A stretch of 64,000 bases of DNA from Mobula hypostoma (taxonomy: Eukaryota): contig NC_086117.1 of NCBI RefSeq assembly GCF_963921235.1, positions 25,172,001-25,236,000 on the forward strand, given 5' to 3'. Shown one piece after another: positions 53,185 through 64,000 of this stretch. A program made the position numbers and the translations under genes. Within the stretch, counting starts at the first letter, position 1; each line of letters starts with the position of its first letter. The notes under the pieces were generated by a model that searched no databases, was not told where the DNA came from, and worked only from the letters and a program-made list of their open reading frames with translations.

Positions 53185-56100
53185 ACTAAATGTGTACACA
53201 AAAAGTGTGTGGTGAGTTTACTTTTCACCTGGAATGTTTTGAGGGCTTGTTTTCGGTCATAAATAGTTATTTTAAATGTTTGAGGAAATTCTATAGATCT
53301 GAAGTAGTATCTAATGAATACCATAAAAATTGCTTGTTTCAAAAGTGGTGGTTCTAAATTAATTTTTGCATCGTTAATTCTCTACTCTGTTATAATCAGC
53401 CAAGTAATGAAAGTCTTAGTCTAAATGAGCAAAGTTGAAAACAAGTCATGGGCCCAGTGCTATTTTTTTGGTGTTAATTGCAATTTGATACTGATTTAAA
53501 TTGCAATTTGTTTTAATGCAATATAGGCTCAAAAAGGGTAATTAAATGTATTCAGGCCTACTATTGTATACTTAGTGTTTCTAGCCTGGTTTATGTTCAA
53601 AATGTGTAAACAACCCATATGTTTGTATTTAGATACCTTTTCTGTATTTAATAGACGAGATTGTAACTAAAACAAATCAGTTTACAACTTGGCATTTCCT
53701 TCAATCAGTTGGGTCCAATGCTACATTGCAAGTTTGATTACCACATTTTGCATTGGACAGTTAGCTAATAAATGGTCTTTCTCTTCCAAGATTTTTCTTT
53801 TGTCTTGTAGTTAAATTTGTAAGTTGTATGTTGTCTTGCCAATAGTTATGCATCTGACAGTTTTCTTGATCTAGAATCTGCCATGGGTACTATGCCAACT
53901 GTGCAATTAGCTCCAGTTTATAGATTATTGTATATAATTATTTGAACCTCAATTGGGCTTGATTTTTTTGAATTCAAATTGATTGTACGCTGGATTTGAT
54001 GCACTCTTAAATTGTTTTATTTCTGGTGATAAGTGCTAATATTCAATTTTGATTTTCTTTCGGATTAGTTGTCCTTTAGTGTTACAACAGTGGGAGCTCA
54101 GTTATTAAAAGTCAGGATACAAGTACCTCAAGTTACTTGTTATTCCTGTTGCTATTCCATTGTCCTGGTCAAATTTGCTTTGTATTGAGTTATAACCATT
54201 TTGAATTGCTATTGTGCAGTGAAAAGGTTGACCTCTGATTACAGCTGTTCTGTGTTTCATAAACTTGTCCCAATTCCATAAATCCTGATTTATGCAGTTT
54301 TGTTAAATTGCATTTTTCATTGTGGCCAAAGTATTGTTTCATTAATCCTATCCCACCTATTTGATTTTTCTCAGTAGGAATTTTTCAGTCTCATCAGTTA
54401 ATTTTTGAGGGAAATAATATCACTTGCATTACCAGCTAGAAAATAGGCCATTATATAATGCTACAGCACACATGCTGCCTTGTTCTAAATCTAGCCAGAA
54501 TGGTGCCCTAAATTGGCTTTGTATATTTATTCTGCAAATTACATATCCTTAGTCATTGGTACTGCAACAAACTTCATAACATCTGTTCAGTAATCCACTA
54601 GACTACAATATAACCAGAGCAGCTAATGATAGTTTCATGGGTGCAAATCAGATTTCTGCTGGTGTTTTGTATGTCTTAAGTATTATTCATTGGCATGTTT
54701 TTCCACCAAGGATATCCATATTCCCAAGAGTCCTTCTGTTGAAGTCTTGCTACTCCACTGGTGATGGATAATTGTGGTTACCAATCACACTATTTGGTTT
54801 CATTTGGAAAATTAAAGGAATGGATAATAATTCTACCACCAGCAATGTAAGCATAAGGTATATGGTTCCTTGCGCTGAAAAGTTGATGGTCTTGAGGGCT
54901 TTTAATAATAGATGGTATACAATCTACTGATATCTAGAGCTGTCTAGATTTTTCAGAAATTTTGTTTACATTATCTGTCCTAGCATTGGACATGGCTGCA
55001 CCATCTTTTTGCTTAAATGTTCTGGAGAGGAAGGTGTTTAAACAATATTTTGGAATGTTCCTCTGGTTTATAGACACCCATGTACTGGGGTTTGTTTCAT
55101 GTGGCAATCTGAGGTGTCGTGACTTCATCTTTAAAGCTTGTTTTTTTAAAACAAATGATTCTCATCTGTCATGTTATCAATAAACTTTGTATACATGTTT
55201 TGCCACAGTGCTGTACATTGTCTTTACTACTGTATCAAGGATTATTCATCTGATTTTTAGCATTGCTATTATAAGTAGTTTAATATTTCAAGTGATTTAG
55301 ACTGTAATGATTTGCTGTTTCATGAGGTATCTGAAGTCTGGTTACTTTGGAATTGGCCTATGTATAGGCTTTTGCTGTTAAAACGAGGAATCTCTCCACA
55401 TTCATGAAGGAAATAAACCCAAGTAATGTGATATAATGATCTCGCATGCCTTGAAACTGGTGTGCATTGGTTTAGATGTAAAGTACAATCATGTACTGCC
55501 ATATTTTGAAACCTGTAGACTTTAAGACAAGAGTAAGAGTAAAATGTAGAATATCATAGAAACTTACAGCGTAGTGCCACCAAGCAATGTTCTTCCTGTT
55601 AACTTTGTTTAGGTTTCAGTTTTGAACATTGAATATCCCATGTTCCAAGTAAGGCAATCCCTCGAAGGCATACTTGGAATAGTATAGAAATCTACTATAC
55701 TTGAGGGAATAAAGGATCACCAGAATTGATCCTTGGCTGTCGTCTTTACCTAACTTCTGGTGTGGGGCTATACCATTTGAAATTTATCCAACTATCTAGT
55801 GTTGATTCAAAAACAGCAAGTTGAACTCTGCAGTACCAAATAAAGGGTAATACTAGAAAGACTTGTTTTGGACTCGAGGATTCTGATATACTTTCAAATT
55901 AGGTCACAAGCAGAATCAAGTCTATGGCAGGTAATAAGCCATTAATAAATATGCAGAAAGTGTTCAAATCAGTAATGTTATTCGCCTGTCATTAACTTTT
56001 GGGCATTTGTCAGGTTACAGTAAGTGAAAATTTGACAAAACTGGAGATACTGTATTGGAAACAAAATGAAGGCATTTTCAACTCGGAAGATTTTGAATCA

Positions 56101-56494
56101 CCATCATTGGTAGTGGTAGGATAATTGTTTATTTTATAGCCTTAAACACATGCAATAGACAGTCTTTTTAAAATATAGAAATTTGATAAAGCAGCACACC
56201 GCAGGGTGTCACTTCCAAGCCAGAGCCTGCAGGCAAGCAGAAACAATGATTTTAAAACATTGCTATTATATTAAAAGTTGTCAATGCTTCACTGACCTAT
56301 TTCCATACGCTATGGACTGGACTCACTTTCAAGGACTCTGCATGTTCTATATTTTTGTTTGTATTAACTATGAATGCCCATAAGACAGTGGATCTCAGGG
56401 TTGTACATGACATGTACTTTTGATAATTTTGAACAATCAATGTTTGAATGAGTATGCACCCTGTGAAAGGTAATTTACTCCACAATAATTAAAA

Positions 56495-56500
56495 TTTATT
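56495..56500 (-). terminator. Candidate polyA signal of the CULT-domain gene
   Basis: AATAAA on the minus strand just after the stop codon. Confidence 0.35.
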
Positions 56501-56516
56501 ATAAAAATAACTGATT

Positions 56517-56671
56517 TTATCTTTGATAAGACTTGGGCACCATGAGAAGTGTAGCAGCAAAGTTCTCTTGTAGAAGTCTATCCATAATCAAGGCAATAAA
56601 TGTCTCTTCAGATTCTTCAAATTCTTCATCTGTACTGTACAGAGGCCAGATATCAGGCTGAAAAGACCACC
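56517..56671 (-). CDS. Secreted cereblon-like (CULT domain) protein, last coding exon
   Basis: Acceptor tttttattag; (G)WSFQPDIWPLYSTDEEFEESEETFIALIMDRLL...PKSYQR*. Completes the HLGWxF and FxxL motifs of CULT. Confidence 0.85.
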
Positions 56672-56744
56672 CTAATAAAAACAAACAGTCCATAAATGTG
56701 ATTAGTCTCAGCCTTTTTCCAAGAAAGACATTATATAATAGCAA

Positions 56745-57930
56745 ATGTTTTGCATTTTCATAAACAAAAGTTTAAACCAGGACAAGGCCTAAACATAAAA
56801 GGTGGCTTGGTAACAATGAATTTGAAAGACAGGTGATGCCTTATGAGCCTGACTGAATTCTTTGAGAATATAATACACATTGACAAAGGTAGAACAAACT
56901 GTGTGGTGTATATGAATTCTAGTAAGATATTTGGTAAGGTTCCCTTTAGGCTCATTTATAAAGTCAAAGTATGATATCTAGGGAAACTTGGCTGTGTAGA
57001 AGAAACAGGGTGGTGGTAGATGAGTAAATTCTGCTTGGAGGTTGGTGACAAGTGTTGTTCGCAGGGATCTTCTGGGTCCCCTGCTGATTTTTTTTTTAAT
57101 GTAAAGGATGCATTTGAAGTGGTTAGTACATTTGCAGCTAACACAAAGGCTGGTGGAGTTGTAGATAGGGTAGAGGGTTGTAGGTTGCAGCAGGATCTGA
57201 GTTGAGCTGAGAAGTGGCAGATGAAGTTCAACCCAGAGAAGTTTGAAGTGATTCATCTTGGAAAATAGAATTCTTAGCCATGAAGGAATAGAAGGGTTTT
57301 AAGGTCCAGTCCATAAATCCCTCAAAGTTGCCACACAAGTTGACATGCTTGTTTATGGTGTGTTCATTTTTATTAGTTGAGGGATTGAGTTCAAGAGCTG
57401 CGAGATAACATTGCCATTCTTTAAAACCCTGGTTAGATCACATAATATTGGGTTCAGTTCTGCTCACCTCATTATAGGAAGGATGTGGAAGCTCTGGAGA
57501 GGGTGCAGAGGAGATTACCAGGATGTTGCCTGGACTAAAGGGCATGTCCTATGAAGATAGGTTGAGCAAGCTAGGGCTTTTCTCTTTGGAATGAAGGTGG
57601 TTGTGAGGTGACTTGAGGGATATATTCTGTGGACAGCCAGAGACCTTTTCCCAGGCAGATATGGCTAATACAACCGGGCATAACTTTTTAGATGAGGAAA
57701 TTAGAGGTGAATGGTCAGAAGTTAGTTTTATTCAGAGTAGCTGGTAGTCAGTAGTATGCCCTGCCAGGGGTGGTGGTAGAGGCAAATAAGTTAGGGGCAC
57801 ATAAGAAACAGGTAGGAACATGGATGATAGAAGCATTAAAGGCTATGTAGGAGGGAAGGGTTAGATTGATCTTAGTAGGTTAAAGGTCAGCACAACATTG
57901 GGGGCAGAAGGGCCAGTACTTTTCTATGAT
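56745..57930 (+). mobile_element. Degenerate CR1-like LINE
   Basis: CLMSLTEFFE, WQMKFNPEKFEVIHLG and ALERVQRR remnants; CR1 3' end. Confidence 0.75.
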
Positions 57931-57953
57931 GACCTACGTAAAAAAACAGTACA

Positions 57954-58050
57954 AGCAACACACAAAATGCTAAGGGAACTCAGCAGGCTAGGCAGCATGT
58001 AAAAGGAATAAACAGTCGACATTTTGGGCTGAAACCCTTCATCAGGACTC
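57954..58050 (-). mobile_element. PLE pseudo-LTR fragment with inactivated hammerhead
   Basis: Minus strand GAGTC CTGATGA AGGGTTTCAGCCC AAAA TGTC GACTG (G12 lost). Confidence 0.7.
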
Positions 58051-58611
58051 ATTTAGGGTCAAAGAAGGTGAGGAGGAATTTCCAGAGTTTAACCCTAGGC
58101 AGGTACAAGGATTACTACCTCTCACAGGGGCAAAGACTTAGAATATACAAGCAGCCAGTGTTGGACAAAATAGTTCTTGAAACGTGAGATGAGCAAACTT
58201 GAAAACTTACAGATATAAACATTAAGTTGGTGGTCAAACATAGACACGGGCTGCAAGATCCAAGTAAACATAGATCTTCCCATACCCCAAAAGGCAAACA
58301 ATGAAATTCACCATCACCTTTAATACAGCATACACTGCAAACCATTTCAGAAGAGTTACTTTAAGGTCAAGACCAGAATTGGTACAAAACTCAATCAGGC
58401 AACTGTGAACCCTTTCACACAGTACACTTGGGATATGTATTACTTTTAAAATTCAAGACAACGAGAAGATACTACCAATACTTTCTTCACAAAATCCTCA
58501 ATTCACAAAAAAAACAAATTGATCTAGGGTTAAATACGGGGTTGCTGATTGTGCCACTTGAAGGCCCTATTCTGCACTGTTTCTAAATTAAATACAAAAG
58601 TACCAAACCCC

Positions 58612-58658
58612 CCACCATCACCATGGCCCCAGACCCTCCACCATCACCATGGCCCCAG
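58612..58658. repeat. Short tandem duplication
   Basis: ccaccatcaccatggccccag occurs twice. Confidence 0.8.
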
Positions 58659-59179
58659 TTACACAAGTTCAGAGATCTGGCACTACTCTTGAAATAGACT
58701 ATTTTGACTTGTCTCAGGAAAAGTTTATCAAGTAATCAAAAAGAAATTAAAGAATACATTCAAAGGATTATTGAAAAAAGGCAACACCTTTATTTACTCC
58801 TGTGAATCTGTGGCCCAAAGTAGATAAGAAACAGGATAGTTTCCACAACCTTGAATCCCTAATTCAAGTATATTTCCTCATTTCCTTACCACATAGGAGC
58901 TATTTGTCACTTTACAAAACTTCATTCCCCAAAAACTTTCCTCATAACCTATTCTCACATTCCCATCAATTAGAAGCAATCTCCGTCTCCTGTAGAAAGC
59001 TGGGTAATTTTTCAGTGTAATATCTGCAATTCCTGTTCCTGTAGCCCATACTTGGGATTTGAGCAGTTATTTCCTGGACAACAAGACATATTTTACTGGT
59101 TGTCAAAGGCCAATGAATTTGAGAATTCCTGACCTGCATAATTCTAGCGGGAATAGTAGCTTTTTTTTTTGTCCTGGGT

Positions 59180-60260
59180 GCTTAGTAAGCCAATACCCAA
59201 GATAGAACCGACTAAATTTACAACCCTCTGCAGCTTCTTCTGGTCCTGTGCAGTAGCACCCCCCGCCCCCAAAATACAGCCTGTCAGAATCTCAGTACAT
59301 GGAGCTTAGAAAAATAGAAGGCGATGGGTAACCCTATGTAATTACTAAAGTAAGTACGTTTGGCACAGCACTGTGGGCCGAAGGGCCTGTATTGTGCTGT
59401 AGGTTTTCTATGTTCTAATTATATAACCCATCTATGATCAGCACAACACCATGGGCCCAAGGGCCTGTACAGTGCTGTACCGTTCTATAGTCTATGTAAA
59501 AATTAGTTGCTCCAAATGTCAGTTCCTCTTCAGTGCTATTCCCCAGTCTTTCAAAAATATATCTGACTCCTCTTTAATTAACATCAATGATCTTACTTCC
59601 ATAGCTCTCCAGTGTTGAGGAAGAGATTCACCTATCTGCAAGAAATTCCTTTAAATAACTCCTTTTTGTATAATCATAGCCACTTGAGACCCTTGCACTA
59701 ATGTAAATTTCTCATCGATCTTGTCATGCCCACCCTAGAATTGTCTTTCAATAATGTTATTCCTCATGTTTCAAAACACAATTATTTAAATAACTTGCAG
59801 TGGACAACCCGTCCATCCAGGAATTAGCCCAGTAAACATTTTTTAGGACTGCTTTCAACACCAGTATAATATTTATTTATTTACTTTAAATATATCATTT
59901 AAATAAATAGACAAAATCTCCAGGTGTGGCCCCACCCTGTACAACTGCAACTCCCTGCTACACTACATGTCAACATTTTGATATTTATGTAGAAAACCAC
60001 CCAGATCTCCCCATATTTCACTTATTTACAAAATAAGTTATTTTTAATTCCATTTGAAGCCTCAATTTGCCAAGTTTTTACTTTCAGTCTGTATCCTGTT
60101 GCAGAATGGAAATATCATATCAGCATGTTAACAGCGTCATCAGCAAACCTGAATAATTTCTCTGGGTCATTAAATTAAAAAGTAAATAAACTGTGGGTCA
60201 AGGCATGATCTTTGAAGCACTTCACGAACATGCTTTCAGAATGAGAAACCCCCATTTATT
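59180..60260. mobile_element. Mosaic of Rex and CR1 fragments
   Basis: CR1 3' ends at 59295-59417 and 59437-59497; a degenerate minus-strand CR1 follows. Confidence 0.5.
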
Positions 60261-60835
60261 CTAACACTTTTTCTCCTCTAGAAATTCACAACGTTTACAA
60301 ATACTACCTCTCAGAAATATTTACATAGACAGAATGAGATGGTTTCTGTCTCCAACGAAATCCCATCCTAAAATAACAAAATTCCCCACAAATTTAAACA
60401 GGACAAGAAAAATAGCGTGGGCTCAGATGTTGAGTGTTCTGCCAGGAACAAATCTTCATCGTTCTTTTAACACCTTAAAACAAAACCAGGAATCTAATGG
60501 AAGACTTGCAATTCGAAATCACAAGCAACTGGACAGAATTCAAAACGAAACAACCCGCTTAATTAGCACAGCATATACCTCCGGCAGCATGTCTCGTATT
60601 TAGCAGAGCTGCTTTGAATTCTATCAACCGAAACTCCCTACAAAAACACCACATTCTCAAGGGCATTTAGAAACGAACATTACCACCAAGTGTACGCACA
60701 GGTGCAAAATTAATAGCGTTAATAATAGCTACTGATAATGGCAACCGATTAATTACCAATTAACGTAAAACATTTTTAATAACTGCATAATTTTAAAGCG
60801 CTGTACAGCTCTATAAGTAAACACAAGCTTCTTGC

Positions 60836-61208
60836 CTAAGTGGCTGTGACATCTGGGACACGTTGCTAATGTCCAAGAGTATCCTGGAAACCAGGAAAAC
60901 TGTTCATCTGCCGGCCAATGCTTGTGGACAACGGCTCTCTTGAAAGTGAGCACCTGGAAACGATAGCCCTGTGGGTTCTGAAAGAGTTGCACTGGAACCC
61001 TGTGCTCTCCGATCAATGTGCCGTTCTTCAGAGCCAAAGCCAAGGGACTGGCCACGAATTTAAGGTCCCGACTGGCAGCCACCTCGTAACCGCACGACCT
61101 GCAGAGCAAGAGCTCATCTTTGTAGTCCTCCTCCTTCCCTTCGCTGACGTTGTGGCCGCTCACGGCAGAGGCCGACACCAGCAGCAGTGGCACCAGCGTC
61201 AGCCACAT
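60836..61208 (-). CDS. Secreted cereblon-like (CULT/Yippee-fold) protein, first coding exon
   Basis: Hydrophobic leader MWLTLVPLLLVSASAVSG; LLCRSCG, NPQG and FSWFPGYSWTLATCPRCHSHLG. Acceptor at 61239-61238; GC donor at 60835. Confidence 0.88.
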
Positions 61209-62559
61209 CCTACAGGCCGCTTCCCACCTCGGCCCACCTAATGGGGGAAAAAAACAGTTAATGCCGTCACAAGAAAATCCTTCTAAAATAAATATTTTGA
61301 ATCGCCTTCGCAGCAAATTATTTAAAGTTTCCCTGGGACCTACGTTGCAGCAAATAGTTTTAATTCTCCTCCCTCTAACTGTAGCCTTTTTACAACTTAT
61401 ATTTAAGTGTCCTAAAGCGAAAACACATCGCATTTTAAAAGCCTCAGACAATTACCTCCTCCACCCTCTACTGGTTGGAGGATTCCAATCCACCTACTGC
61501 TTTTGGGATAAAATCACATGGCAATAATCATGTCACTCTTTCCAAGCTTGTATATGTTATTTTCTTTCAACAGTTCAAGAGAAACAGGCATTCACATGGA
61601 GCTTTTTTTTTACAGCCACTAGCAGTTCTATCTTGCAGTTTGCAGCCAATTAACTGCTTTCATAATTTAGAAAACGGGCGCCCATTTTGCACACGTTAAG
61701 GTTGCATAAACAGTATAATAATATCAAAAATATATTTTATCATGATTTCAGCTGAGAGATAAAGGACAGAGGAAAAAACTGCCTTGGCCTTCAGAAATAT
61801 TGCTCCTGTATCTGAAACAGAGATGGGACAAGAGAACAGAAGAAATAGAAGCAGACGAACTTTATCCCTCTCCCACTCCCACAAGCCTTCCTTGGCATTG
61901 AAGATGTGCCAGAGACATTTTCCAGCACTACACCTATATTCCTTCCTGTTCCTTTGATTTATCGATCTCTGTTTTGAATGAACATAATGACCGAACATCC
62001 AGAGTAGAGAATTCACCGTTGCACTTAAAGGAAGCAATTTCTCAGTCTTAGATGAACTATTCCTTAAATTCATATTTTGTCCCCTGGTCCCAGACTATTT
62101 ACTCAGGAAAAAAAATCCTCCCTGCATCTAGTCTGGCAAGACGTTTTATGAGAGGTTTGTAAGTCAAGAAACTCACAAGTACGGTGAATGTCAAGCAGTT
62201 AAAAGGCTGTGGTCATTCTGTGGCTCCTGTTGACTGGGATTCGACAGGTTGTGTGTGAGGTATTACATAAGAAGAGGTTAACACATTGATTGTGTTGACA
62301 TTGATTTTCCTTTCTGTTGAGATTTTGGATATAATAGAGCAGTTTTGTCCAACAGTCATCCGTACCAGTCATGGCAAAGATATTATAAACACATTTATTC
62401 CTCTTGCTTGGATAATGTTAGAATCTAACAGGTGTCAGTAGTTGAACTGAGGAGCTCACACCATGAACTCCCTAATGAAAGGTGCTGGTTATTACAAAAC
62501 CATACTTGCAGCATTTAAGTTCCTGGGAATTAACATATCATATGACCTATCCTGGGAAT

Positions 62560-64000
62560 CTTTAAGCAGATGAAGGTACACCACCATGGCCAGGAGAGAG
62601 TGAGGAGGGAAGGACTCCAAGACAGACTAACACACTGGGGTATAAAACTTCCTCTGCCCAGTGTCTCCTTAGCAAGTGTACAGTTGGTGGAGAACAAGAT
62701 TGAGGACATAAGGGCAAGATTGCTGCATCAGAAGGAAATAAGGGATTGTTGCGTTCTGCATTTCATGCAGACATGGCTAACTCTGGACATACTGGATTTG
62801 GAGATCAGACCCAAGGACTTCTCGATACACAGGATGGATTGGACTGTTGATTCGGGGAAGGCAAAAGCTGGGGGCCTGTGTTTCATGATAAATTCTTTCT
62901 GGTGCTTGAACATAGCAGTTTTGTCGCACTCTTGTTCCTCCAACCTGGAACATATAATAGTGGCCAATTGCTCTACTTATCAAGAGAGTTCTCCTCCGTG
63001 ATCCTGACCACATTTACAGTAGGAAACCCAACTGTTTGATCCCTAGACTGCATTTTGGGAAACCTGATCTCTTGGCTGTCTCCCTCCTTCCTGCATACAG
63101 GCAGAGGCTAAACAGCAAGGTTTCAGAAGTAAGGAAACAAAAAGATGGTTGCAGGAGGCAACCACAGGATTGCTTCAAGTTGGTGAATGGGGCCAGAAAC
63201 TCCTGTGGATCTGAATAAATACGCCATGGTTGTCTCAGACCTTATTAAGGCAGTCATAGACAAGTGGGTCTGCACAAAATTATTCAGAGCCTTCCCCAAC
63301 CAGAAACCTTTGATGAATCATGAGATCCACAGTCTGCTGAAGGCCAGATCAGTGGGATTCAGGTCTGGCAACCAAATAAAATATAAGAAGTCCGGGTACA
63401 ATCTCCAGAAAGCCATCTTGCATGCGAAGTGGCAATTCCAGACCAAATTTGAATCACTGAAGGATGCTTGACAGCTGTGGCAGGGTTTGAATGCTAACAC
63501 CTCCGACAAAGTGAAACTGAGCAACATAGGTGACAACAATGTTTCACTCCCACATACACTCAATTCCTTTTATGCTCACTTTGACTGTCAAAATATGGAG
63601 GCACCTTCACAAACTCCCACAACCCCCTGTGATTTCAGTCTCCGAGACTGATGTGAGAGCATCCTTCAGGACAGTAACACTCAGAAAGGATCTGGCCCAG
63701 ATGGGGCACCTGGCCAAGTCCTGAAGACCTGTGCTGATCAGCTGGCTGCATATTCACTGATAAATTTAACCTCTCACTTCAGCAGTCTGAGGTACCCATC
63801 TGCTCCAAGCTCCCTTCAGTTATACTGGTGCCTAAGAAATACGTGGTAACCTGCCTCAGTGACTATCGTCCAGTGGCACTTACATCCACTGTGATGAGGT
63901 GCTTTGAGAGGTTAATGATGAAACATAGCAACTCCTGCCTGAGAAGTGACTTGGGTCTGTTCCAATTTGCCTACCAGCACAACAGATCCATAGCAGATGC
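62560..64000 (+). mobile_element. Degenerate Rex1/Babar LINE (APE plus start of RT), runs off window end
   Basis: DCCVLHFMQTWL, GKAKAGGLCFMIN, FPNQKPLMN and DYRPVALTSTVMRCFERL remnants. Confidence 0.85.

Noticed and set aside
61209-61451. N-terminal 81 aa of ORF 60753..61451
   Set aside because: Mostly lies upstream of a clear polypyrimidine/AG acceptor at 61238 and is AT-rich intron. It has no recognisable similarity to any protein.

Overview
Vertebrate genomic DNA. The repeat content and GC level suggest a cartilaginous fish, probably a ray; this is an inference. Three protein-coding genes can be built from the sequence. (1) DYNC2I2/WDR34 on the minus strand: 8 coding exons, 44067->3548, 500 aa. 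(2) SET (TAF-I beta form) on the plus strand: 8 coding exons, 44598-52424, 277 aa. It is head-to-head with DYNC2I2 across a 530-bp CpG-rich promoter and has a candidate alternative first exon. (3) A signal-peptide-bearing, stand-alone cereblon-type (CULT) domain gene on the minus strand: 2 coding exons joined by a GC-AG intron, 175 aa, convergent with SET. The DYNC2I2 introns are full of transposons: L1, Rex1/Babar, CR1, an RTE derivative, hAT/Charlie, SINEs and Penelope-like elements. A Tigger element lies just downstream of the gene. The Penelope-derived copies carry minimal type-I hammerhead ribozyme motifs, often in palindromic arrangements with target-site duplications. The RTE derivative carries a truncated HDV-like ribozyme fold. 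The best candidates for new biology are the secreted cereblon-like protein and the ribozyme-bearing palindromic retroelements. All homology calls are by eye and from memory; no searches were run.
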